From: Ruditapes philippinarum
Lineage: Eukaryota
DNA length: 64,000 nucleotides
NCBI RefSeq assembly: GCF_026571515.1
Contig: NW_026864100.1
Location: 62,001 to 126,000, forward strand
Direction: 5' to 3'
Translations under genes and position numbers: made by a program
The notes under the pieces: model-generated
Database searches by the model: none
Told to the model about the DNA's origin: nothing
The model's input: the letters and a program-made list of their open reading frames with translations, nothing else
Shown here: one piece after another, positions 40,238 through 50,496 of the stretch
Position numbering within the stretch: the first letter of the stretch is position 1
Layout of the letters: each line of letters starts with the position of its first letter

Positions 40238-42161
40238 TAATATACAAAGGATATTCATTATTCCTTTAACTTAGTAAAAAATGCAAGGTATAATTCATAT
40301 AAAAAATTCAATTCATGTATCAGCGTACAAAAGGGACTACAATGATTTACAATTTCGTTATCGTGTGTAGTTTTTTTATGTTTTGTATGTGATTCATATT
40401 CCATTTATCTATAATTAATAATTATAATAATAACTAAAGGAGCGGCCAAATCAATGCATTTATTCATATAATAATTGTTTATATCTTATACAAACATAAA
40501 GTTAACCTTTTTAATTACACAAAAACTTCAAACCAACACAATATCACAGTCAAATATCTCCATAGGGATACGAAGAATGTTCCTATATGCATGCATTTAA
40601 AATTTGATTCTTCATACCTTTAGATTTCATGGATTTTGTTTTAATTTTGTACCCTCAAACTTCTCAAGCTATACAAAAATCTGGAGAAAGGGTGATCCCT
40701 CGGAAGCATAAATCACAACAAAGTTACATCAAAATTGCATACTCGGTTTCAGTCATCGGATCCAATCTTTGAAGGCATTTTCTTAGTCTTTTAGGTATAC
40801 TATAAACACATTGGAAAATTGCAGAACCGAGGAGTTTTTCGCTAAACAAATTTTCGACCTGACAGATATTTTTTTTAACTTTAGAAACAAAACGAAGTCA
40901 CAAGAGGCAAAGTCATGTTAATACTTCCACTTTAGAAATGTCTGTTTTCTTTGTAGGATAAAATGTACTGATTGTAATAATCTTTATAATTACTTGTGAT
41001 GTCTCTTCTCTTGTTTCTTTTTTATGTTCATTTAAGGCCATGTTGAAAGTAAGATTTTGCATTACATATGTTATATTTGATGCTTTGATATATTGCCGTA
41101 ATCTTCTTTTGATAAAAAATTATTATCGTATTTTCTTGCCTCAATAGTTCATTAACAGAATTATGCACTGTTCGTTATGTTGTAAATATGATGTTGGCTT
41201 ATCAGCCTTATTTGATTAAAATAAATTGTCTGTCTGCCTGTTGTTGTTATTATTATTATAAATCCCCTCCAACATGACTTGATTGTCAGTTTATTTATAC
41301 TTTTCCATGTTCTTCAATAGATCGTGTAACAGAACTACAACGCTTCGATTCTCTTAAAAGTTTATAACAGTATTTTAACGAATTGCAGGAGACTTGAAAA
41401 AATAGATAGCTAATATTAAGCGTTTGGAGAAGACTTGCTTAAAACATAAAAAGAAAATTTCTTTGAACTTGGTATGCGGCGTCCAAAATTAAGCTTAACA
41501 TTGATAACTGAATAAAATATGATGACTACTGCCAGAAGGACACTCTGTAAATGATTATATTGCTTTCTTCCTCTGTCAAATGTATCTGATTAAACCTTAC
41601 TTAAATCCAGTCCAGAGATAACGTAAATGTACCGATATATTCCTTGCGAATCCTTTTCAATGTAACCTAGGAATTTTATAATTAATACATTGAATTATTA
41701 TAGATGAAGATAATTTATTACCTTTTTTCTGACACAAAAATTGTCCTGATTAATGAGTCATCAGACACATATAGGATATCTGAGTCTGTTTCTATTAATG
41801 AGAAAATCAGACCAGTGCTTTAATTGTATGATTTAATCAAGCAGCGCGATCTATGAAAATACGAGTGAAATATAAATGTGATAAACTACCTACAAAATTA
41901 AAAATACAACTTCTGAAAAGAATTATATCATAACTCAACTTGTATTTATGTCTTTGGGTATAAACTTGCAAGGTAATAATACCAAAATACTGATTATCTA
42001 TGGATCGATAGATTACAGAGTTGTTTATTGAAAAAAAGTCAGTTTTATTATCCTTTGCATAATCGAAAACATTTAATGTCTCGCAAATATGACAGGCTTG
42101 GTGCCAGATTTATTACTGACAATGATTTGAATACACATACACATGCCAAATATGTTATGAC

Positions 42162-42255
42162 CTCTCTCTCTCTCTCTCTCCCCCCCCCCCCCTCTCTCCC
42201 CTCTCCCTCTCCCTCTCTCTCTCCCATCCCTTTTCTCTTTCCTTCTCTGTCTCTC
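42162..42255. repeat. CT-rich polypyrimidine microsatellite
   Basis: (CT)n, a C-run and (CTCTCC)n. Confidence 0.9.
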
Positions 42256-42358
42256 TTAAAATGCTCCCACAAGTGTTATTATTTGTTAATTAATGAAGGT
42301 TTGACTTTCAGTTATTATATAATCGTTTTTATTTTTTGACAAAAAGAAGATTGTTTGA

Positions 42359-42490
42359 CTCAGGTGCCTGTTCGTGCCGGAAGTAATTGGCGGAAGGGCA
42401 CTTGTCGTCTTCCTGCATCAGTAAAGCTAGACAAAAAGAAAAGCCATATGACTAATACTGCGCTGGTGTGACGAATAACGCAAACAATAA
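42359..42490 (+). mobile_element. 3' half of the same SINE family as 47651-47921
   Basis: ctcaggtgcctgttcgtgcc..gaagggcac..gtcttcct..cagtaaagct..gccatatgact..actg matches the reverse complement of the 47.7-kb SINE. Confidence 0.8.
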
Positions 42491-43032
42491 AGGGATTTTG
42501 TGCGTATTAACCTTAATTGAATGAAAACCCAACCAATAATAGTCATTCATTATTTCATTACTGTAGATAGAAACAAACAGCCTACCGGGCTGATTAGAAA
42601 CACATATACATTTTGTATTTAAATAATGCTATAACTTTCGAGTAAAACGATGTATTAATTAAGAGCTTGATGTTTTTACAAGTCAGATATAATTTTGTCT
42701 GAAAGTACTGTCCATGTATATTGTCTTTTCTTGCAGTAACATGATAGTTAATTATTTTCTCTTCTTAACAGCTGAACCCAAAGAACGTCCAAAACGACAA
42801 AATTGAAAACGTTGCAATCTCGGTTTGATTGAGCCTATACTGGAAAGTGCAAGTTACTGTCCACACCCCCTAGCACCGACTTGAACAGAATTTTCAACAT
42901 TTTAACATCAACATGGTAAAGTTTTAAATTTAGATACATCCTCAGATGTAACGACAAACCATACTTTCAGTGAGAGAGCTGCATCTTATCTGTATCAAAG
43001 ACAATTACCCCCCTCGTTTTTATCGCATTGCG

Positions 43033-43985
43033 TTTTATTACCCCTCACTTTTTTCGTAATGCTAATTTCCCATAGGCCTCTGGGAGTTATTTTCACTGTT
43101 GATGCAAGTGTACCACGTGACTAAGAATTTTGTACTGTTACATAGGTAACAGGATTTTTAACAGTATAAAATCTGGTCACGTGGTCTATTTTCTAAATAA
43201 AATGAAATAAAATGGCCGCCATTTTTTTCTCGATTCCTTCTTATTTTCAACGTTAAACCCCGACACGACATCAATTTCTTCTCTGGAGTAACTATGACAC
43301 TCATAAAATTTAGTTGTTTGCACCCTGGTGTGCTTTTCGCGTATAAAATATCTTTTTGTTGGATAGTCAAAAAGTGAACATCCGTTTTCAACGGAAGTAA
43401 TTGCAATGTAAACAATTATGTGTCAAACTGGAACATGCAGACGATCTAAGCATGCAACAAAGGATTATTTAACAATTTTAATCAGTGAAACGTTACAGAT
43501 ATGGTGGACAGACATAGGATATCATCGTTATTTTGTCCAAAACCATGCTAAGAATATTCTGGAAACAGAAGGATCAGATTTCACAGATCATAACCGTGTA
43601 AATGAGTTAGTGTTTTGTTTTCTAAATAAAACCTAGCTTATTGTATGTTTATGAATTGTAGATACCATCACTTGCTTAAAGAATAAAAGAAAAAGAAAAC
43701 TTTTCAAGTAGGCCTAAAGTACACTTAAAACTTAAAAGGTAAGGACAGTTTTGTTATTGTTACTCTTGGTATATTTTTGTTACAGTTAGATTTAGTTGAC
43801 AATTTCAGATCATCTCAGTATTTTTGTTCGGGGTAATAAAATAAATAACACATGAGTTTGTGAGTAACAGTAAAAATATCATCCCTCGTAAAAATACTGT
43901 TACCCTCGGCTACGCCTCGGGTAACAGTATTTCCTCGGGATGATATTTTAACTGCTACCCACAAACCCATTTGTTATTTATATAA
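43033..43985. mobile_element. Crypton-like (tentative) non-autonomous element with terminal long palindrome
   Basis: Absent from the paralog near 57370. TTTTATTACCC (43033) is inverted at 43831-43841; ~140-bp palindrome 43841-43983 centred on cctcggctacgcctcgg; no clear TSD. Related fragments at ~21890-21975 and ~58120-58200. Confidence 0.6.
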
Positions 43986-44126
43986 TAACAAATCCTAGTT
44001 GAAAAAAAACGTTTTATTTCTAGTGATTATATCTAGTATGCAGCTGAAATAAATAGCGATATAGTTTGGATAATAATTTACATTCCAAGTCTAATTAGAA
44101 TAACTTTTTCACACAAATGAATACAT

Positions 44127-44234
44127 ACCGACATAAACAATGTTATGTCATACGATCTAGTTACCGACATAAGTAATGTTATGACATACGATTTAGTTAC
44201 CGACATAAGTAATGTTATGACATACGATTTAGTT
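44127..44234 (+). repeat. 36-bp tandem repeat x3
   Basis: accgacataagtaatgttatgacatacgatttagtt; single copy in the paralog (~57510). Confidence 0.9.
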
Positions 44235-45405
44235 GAAATTTAAATGTGATGTTATGTCGTTTTGTATCTACAGAGTACCCACTGTAATATTCACGATACA
44301 GCAACGCCTACTATACAAGCAGCTCAAATCTTTATGTACTTTACCTTTAAAAAGTGATAGACAACTATAGTAATTAGTTATAATATATTGCTATAAAATC
44401 TCAGATTTCGACAACAAATTTAAGTCATTGGTTTCTAAACCTTTGTTTGCCTTCAAATGATATGTTTATTATATTTAAGTAAAAAATACAACTTAAAAAA
44501 TGTATCCATCAATTCTAATATCTGATGGCCGTATAAAAACGTGCTGCAAAAATAATGAATGTATATTGTTACATTAGGTATTCATGTACTCAATATTTAC
44601 TTGAATTCGGTAGATACTGATTTAGCAAGTTTATGTCATGGCTTTAATGCCTTGAACAAATATTGACGTAATTATTAGTGATAGCTTCAAAGCTTTTTAT
44701 CTAAATTGCTCAGAATAGTTCGCCTTGAACTAGTAAATCACGGAATAAATAAGATGGCCAGACAATGTTAACCATTCCCTTGTGCTCTCATACTGAACAA
44801 TCTTGGCGTCGATAAAACAATATAAAATAGATAAATACAGAGTCCCTAAAGAAAGCCCAACACGGCAAAATTGAAAATGTTGCAGGCTCGGTTTGATTGT
44901 GCCTGTTCATAAAATGCATATATGATATAAGCACAATAATACACAGAGGTATTAGACAACATAAAGATAATTGTTGTATATTTCACAAATAAAAGTAACT
45001 GAAAGATGGTCTGACAAGCAAACGTCATTGACATCTTTAAAATGAAGCAATAGTTGCAAAGAAGTACATGTAGATACATATGTTATGTAGAGCCGTGGTC
45101 CAGTAGAAGGTCACGTGTATTGCAAGAAAGATGTCCGGGTTTGAGTCAAATAAGGACAGACCAAGTAATCTATTATACTCGTTCTCGTCACCCAGGTATT
45201 AATTGGAGTGTGTTGAAAATTTGAACAATAATGCTGCAATAAGCAGTGACAAACATTCCAAGTGAGAAAGACTAAAGATGATGAAGCTGAATTAAAAATT
45301 AAACTTTAATTTTCATGTAAAATGTTGAATTCTGCTAAAGCCAGTTCTAGGGGCCGTCAAAAGTGGAACTACGTGTATGCATCAATAAATTTGTAAACTA
45401 ATTCA

Positions 45406-47247
45406 CAGTGTGGCAATACCACGTGACATTGACGTCATTTTCGGCATCATTTCCAAGACAAATGTTGCTCGATTCGGAAAAGAAAATAGCCGTAAATATT
45501 TTATTTTTGTACCAATTTCTTTGGGATATGCACCAGTCTACGGGGAAAAATATAAGCTTTCCACAGAATATTCGATCTTCGTCAGTTTATAAGCCGTTTC
45601 ATCAAACACTTTGCATAACCTTGGAAGTTGCTTGTATTAGAGCAGGCCTCAGTTGCAAGCTATTTCGTGTTCTGGCGTTATCTGGTCTACGTCATGATTA
45701 TATGTCAGGTTTACATCAACCGGGAGTACGGAAGGCAAAACTCTACCTAAATATGTTCATATTTTTATTATGAATAACACAAATCTTAAATTTTTCTTCA
45801 ATTGTCAATTCTGGCACCAGTTCCAAGTCGAAAAAAAGGACTACAGTTTAAAGCAGATTTTAGAATCCGTTGCAAATGCAAAGCAACATGCCTACCGTTC
45901 TCTTTCTACAATTTAGTTTTTCATTGTTGATCTTTCACAGAGAGATTGTGAAAAAATGATTGTTCCTTAAAGCAATAACACTTACTTGTATCGCAATAGT
46001 GCACGTCAAATCACGTAGATTTAGTCCTGCGGAAAATAATATTATGTTTTGGTTTTGAAGATGTTTAAAGTATTGCTCATTTTATCCTATGTAGTAAAAT
46101 GTGTTTTATTCTATTTCACAATGGCGAAATTGATAAAAAATGTATGTGCTCTCGGTGAGAGAAAGAGTTAAAATAAAAGAAAAAACACTTTTGTATGCTA
46201 TGGAAAGGGTTACACTTTAACGCGAGTGTTGTAAAGCTAAATGTATTTTTTCAGTTTATTTTTGTAAAGAGTAACTGACAAACACTGACACTCGTGAATG
46301 TGACGAATAGGTTCTTCTGTCCTCAAAAGAGAGACTTTTAAAAGGTATATATTTTTTCTGGAACTGTTGTAATAAAATAATAAATAAATTTCTATAGAGT
46401 TTGATAAACGAAATCACAATTTGAACTTGGAACTTTGCCGTGTAAATCTGATAGTATTGTTACTTAGTTGCATTACTTGTGATTCTCTATTTATAAAAAA
46501 GACCCAAAATAGCCATGAATAAGAACGAGAATGGACGCCATGTGGAGTAAACAAAGTAGAAAATAGTAAACAGATAAATGATTTTAAAAACTAACAGCCA
46601 TCGATCACAGTCAATTTCTTTACAAATGCAGACAACAATTTTACGACTTTTAAAATCACTTATAGCGCAGCGAGTAAAAATCATTTAAATATTCATTTGT
46701 GTTTATGTGAATCGTATAGTAAATAAAATGTTTTTCATGGTTAACATAATTATAGAAAGAGAACGGTAGGCATGTTGCTTTGCATTTGCAACGGATTCTA
46801 AAATCTGCTTTAAACTGTAGTCCTTTTTTTTTTCGACTTGGAACTGGTGTCAGAATTGACAATTGAAGAAAAGGGTAAGATTTATGTCATTCATAATAAA
46901 AATATGAACATATTTAGGTAGAGTTTTGCCTTCCGTACTCCCGGCTGACTTTTTAATCATGACGTAGACCAGATAACGCCAGAAAACGAAATAGCTTGCA
47001 ACTGAAGCCCGCTCTAATACAAGCAACTTCCAAGGTTATGCAAAGTGTTTGATAAAACGGCTTATAAACTGACGAAGATCCAATATTCTGTGGAAAGCTT
47101 ATATTTTTCCCCGTAGACTGGTGCATACCTCAAAGAAATTGGTACAAAAATAAAATATTTACGGCTATTGTCTTTTCCGAATCGAGCAACATTTGTCTTG
47201 GAAATGATGCCGAAAATTCATCAATGTCACGTGGTATTGCCACACTG
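45406..47247. mobile_element. Non-autonomous foldback element with ~500-bp TIRs and 5-bp TSD (ATTCA), inserted in the mariner left TIR
   Basis: CAGTGTGGCAATACCACGTGAC.. / ..GTCACGTGGTATTGCCACACTG; arms ~45406-45913 and ~46748-47247; TSD at 45401-45405 and 47248-47252. Confidence 0.92.
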
Positions 47248-47338
47248 ATTCAATAGCGTCAAAACTACTGTTCCGTTTAAATTAAAAATGCTGTGAAAAC
47301 AAATTATTTCAAATTGAATCGTACTATGCACATAATTT

Positions 47339-47411
47339 TGACGTCAATACTTATGACGTCATAAACCGTTAATGACGTCACGTTACGGGCGTCCGTTTGA
47401 AAATGACGTCA
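47339..47411. promoter_or_regulatory. Cluster of four perfect CRE palindromes (TGACGTCA) at the mariner 5' UTR/start codon
   Basis: TGACGTCA at 47339, 47354, 47373 and 47404; function is inferred only. Confidence 0.4.
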
Positions 47412-47650
47412 AACAGCGTCAAAGAACAGCACATCGTTATAAAGTTTTACACAAAATTCGGAAAGTCTTTTTCCGATATTCGTGAAGATTTGCAAAAAGT
47501 TTACGGAGAGGTTGCTCTGTCAAAAGGTGCCATTTCAACGTTGATGAAGCGATTGAAAGACGGTAGAGAGGCAATTGAAGACGACAGTCGTGTAGGTAGA
47601 CCAGTGACTTTAACAGATGAAGAAACAGTGGCTGCCATTCAGGAGTACAT

Positions 47651-47921
47651 TTTTTTATTGGGTTGTACGTCACATCGACACAGTATAGGTCATATCGCAA
47701 CGTTCCAGCTTTACTGGTGGAGGAAGACCTCATGTGCCCTTCCGTGTATTATTTCAGGCACGAACGGACACCTGAGTAGAACCACCGACGTTCCGTTAGC
47801 TAGCTGGATAGTTTCCTCACATGAAAGAATCCAAAGTCCCTGTCTGGATTCGACCCCACAGCGGTGAGGGGCAAGTGGTTTGAAGTCAACGATCTTAACC
47901 ACTCGGCCACGGACGCCCCCA
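47651..47921 (-). mobile_element. Full-length tRNA-derived SINE (Deu/Nin-domain-like central region)
   Basis: Minus strand GGGGCGTCCGTGGCCGAGTGGTTAAG (A box), GGGTCGAATCC (B box), GGTGGTTCTACTCAGGTG..GTCTTCCTCCACCA core and A-tail. TSD cag(g/a)agtacat at 47640-47650 and 47922-47932. Removal restores the transposase frame AAIQEYILRDRR. Confidence 0.92.
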
Positions 47922-48349
47922 CAGAAGTACATACTCCGAGATAGACGAGTAAGTGTGGAGCACGTAGCAGATAAGTTCGCTATTTCATATAGTAGAGCTC
48001 AGGGCATTACAACTGTTAGATTAGGAATGCGCCTTGTTTTTTGACGTCGGAGCAGATGGGGGTAAGGGTGAAAATGTGTCAGCAGTACGACAGGAGGTAT
48101 CGTGAAAAAGGGGATTACTTTCTAAATGGAGTGTGATGAAACGTGGATTCACTTTTTTGAACCTGAAAGCAAACGTCAGAGTTCTGTCTCTAAGCATTAT
48201 TCCTCGCCTTCCCCTACAAAAGCGATAATTTTCAAGTCAGCCGGGAAGGTTATGGCCCTTATATTCTGTAATACATATGGTGTAGTGCTAAACCACTATG
48301 TTCCTCCGAAAACGACAATCACTTGAAACTTTTAATGCAACATTACTTA

Positions 48350-48720
48350 TGTCACTGGGTGAGAAAATATGCATCCTGACCGGGACTCGAACAAAGGACC
48401 CTCGAAAAACCGTACCGAATGAGCTATCTGGCCGCTTAAACATCTTCTCCCCTAAATAGTGATCAGTTCTGAACCGTGACATTCTCCCCAGCTATATTGA
48501 AATTCGTCCTCGAATTTCACAGTGTTACAGAGCAATGTAAATTAAACTCTAATCTATATCCAGTCACGGCTCCAAGTTGGGCGCCAAATGTCACAGTGTG
48601 AAAAAAATGTGCAGCCTGACCGGGACCAGAACCCGGGACCCTCGGAATACCGTTCTGCGGCTCTATCTGTCCGCTTACACATCTTTTCCCCTAAATAGTG
48701 AACAGTTCCGAACCGTGACA
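48350..48720 (-). mobile_element. TRIM (miniature non-autonomous LTR retrotransposon) with tRNA-derived LTRs
   Basis: Two 132-bp TGTCAC..GTGACA LTRs (48350-48481, 48589-48720); 4-bp TSD CTTA; tRNA-Lys-type PBS TGGCGCCCAAC (48576-48586, minus strand); PPT GGGGAGAA next to the 3' LTR; A/B boxes inside the LTRs. Confidence 0.9.
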
Positions 48721-50090
48721 CTTAGAACGGAACTCATGGCGGCAATAAGGTGAAAGCGCCCACATCTACTTAGGTCCGGAACCATATTACATCATGACAA
48801 CACGCCGAGCCATTCAAGCCACGTTGACATTGATACTCTAGAAAAACTCGACGTCGAACTGTTACCGCACCCACCCTACAGCCCGGACCTAGCAATTTGT
48901 GACTTCTGGCTGTTCCCCACTTTTAAAAATCAGACTTTGTGGTACGAAATTTGAGTCAAGAGAGGAACTGAGGTGTGCCGCGGACAGGCAACTGCGGCAG
49001 ATGTCACGTGACGGGCTACAACACGTGTTCGAGTCATGGGTCGAGAGATTGGACAAGTGCAAATCGTGCATGAGTTATCATTTTAGGTACTTGAATTAAA
49101 TCATTTCCCCGCTATTGAATTAGTTTACGAATTAATTGATGCACCCTCGTATTATTAGGTTATCTGAAGCGCCAGTCTCGAGTTGTGTATTTGTCGTGAG
49201 GAAAGATTATTATACATATTTATTGTTTTGAAAAAAAAACTTTTTATAACCGATATTGATAGAATTGACGTTTTAACGTAATTGTCATTTTAGTATTACA
49301 ACTTGTAAAAGCACTGGCATTGATTCTGAATTTATGATCATTAAAATAAGTTTTTGCATCAATTGTGTTTATTCATAGGGGTAATTACGTTTTATTATTC
49401 AGGCAGGTTTAATTTTCATTCGATGAAAGTGTTTTTTTTAAAGATAAATCAGAAAACAAAGACACAATTGTAAAGAAAACATTTTATGGTTTTAAAGCTT
49501 CCATTAAATAGTGTTTTTATATTTTCTTGAAAGAAGCATTGTTATATATTCTTGAAAGAAACATGAATTCATTTCACAAGGGACGAATCAAATAAACAAA
49601 TAATGAAAACAGAAACAAAACACATACATCTTCATATCTCCGTTAGAGCCAGAAATATAATGGCAGAGGGAGATACCTAAATATACGAACTTTAATGACA
49701 CGCAGCATATATTGTTTGAAGAACAGCATAATGATAAGGTCAAGATGTATGAAACGTCTATAATGTTAATACGCAGACGCCAACTGAAAAGCTGACTATT
49801 TGCTTTGAAAGGTCAGATGTAATGATGTAATTATCTCAAGTACATCCGTATGTGTTGGATGCTAAATGGGTTTTCATCTTCGATTGACAGTTTATAAACT
49901 CAGGTAGCCTTATATTCTATTCTTTCTTTGAGTCCTTAGGCAACTGTTGCAAGAAAAGTACATTGAATAATTATAATATTGCAAACCATAGCTTGTTACG
50001 TGTCTGCTCTCATCGAAAATACTTCACATTGACAGGAAAAAAAATTATCACTTTTGTTAATATTTCATCATAATATACATATACCGTAAT

Positions 50091-50496
50091 CTATGGTGGC
50101 TGATTTGGATCGCTTATGTGCGTCGTGTTGGCGCCAGCGACAGGAGGACAAAGCGCCAAACAGCGCACTGTCAGACTCTCGTCTTGTCGTCCTGTCGCTA
50201 ACGATGTACGCCAAACGGCGCGTTGTCGGCGTGTAGTCACGATGTCACATTGTCGCTCGGTTCAAATCGAAGGATTAGCTTATATGCCAAGCGACAGAGC
50301 GACAACGTGACAACGCGCCGCACGACAACGCGCCGTTTTGTGTGCTTTGCTAGAGACAGAACGACTACGCGACAAAGCGTCGTTTGGCTCAATGTTGTGT
50401 GGTCGCTAGCGACAAGACGAAAAGGGGATAACATTATAGGTTGCGTTGTCGCTATCGACAACGCAACTCGCAATGTACCAAATCAGCCACCAATAG
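50091..50496. mobile_element. MITE rich in TGTCGC/GCGACA motifs (TAT..ATA-type termini)
   Basis: CTATGGTGGCTGATTTGG / CCAAATCAGCCACCAATAG; absent from the paralog near 36800; TSD imperfect with filler. Confidence 0.8.

Larger units (their letters stand above)
35815..45353 (+). repeat. Tandem segmental duplication 2, copy A
   Basis: Collinear with 45354-58640: aggttatc.gaagcgccagtctcg (35841/~49157), tattactcttaag-region anchors near 38340/53620, taagaattatt..aaaagattactgaaatataagt (38901/54581), gttcgcctt..tagtaaatcacggaataaataagatggccagacaatg (~44718/~57836). Confidence 0.93.
42770..45353. mobile_element. Old long-TIR DNA element, copy A (right TIR truncated at the duplication junction); copy B ~57150-58755
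   Basis: 42775-42940 aligns with the reverse complement of ~58570-58740; interiors of the two copies are collinear. Confidence 0.65.
47403..49099 (+). pseudogene. Mariner transposase pseudogene
   Basis: MTSNSVKEQHIVIKF..GRP HTH region; CDETWIHFFEPESKRQS; HHDNTPSH..(34 aa)..HPPYSPDLAICDFWLFP. Interrupted by a SINE, a TRIM, stops and frameshifts. Confidence 0.93.
45372..49149 (+). mobile_element. Defective mariner (DD34D) element with TA TSD and three nested insertions
   Basis: Left TIR TA|CGTGTATGCATCAATAAATTTGTAAACTAATTCA-ATAGCG, split by an insertion; right TIR CGCTATTGAATTAGTTTACGAATTAATTGATGCACCCTCG|TA. Confidence 0.93.

Noticed and set aside
42028-42339. Pro/Ser-rich and Glu/Gly/Arg-rich ORFs
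   Set aside because: CT microsatellite read-through.
45404-45410. RSS heptamer CACAGTG suggesting Transib/ProtoRAG
   Set aside because: Formed by the TSD plus the TIR; the right end lacks it and there is no nonamer.
45408-46862. ORFs inside the 500-bp-TIR element as a putative transposase
   Set aside because: Short, mostly lying in the TIRs, with no DDE or DNA-binding motifs.
48350-48720. tRNA genes
   Set aside because: The tRNA-like units are incomplete and embedded in LTRs; other A/B boxes in the window are SINE or MITE parts.
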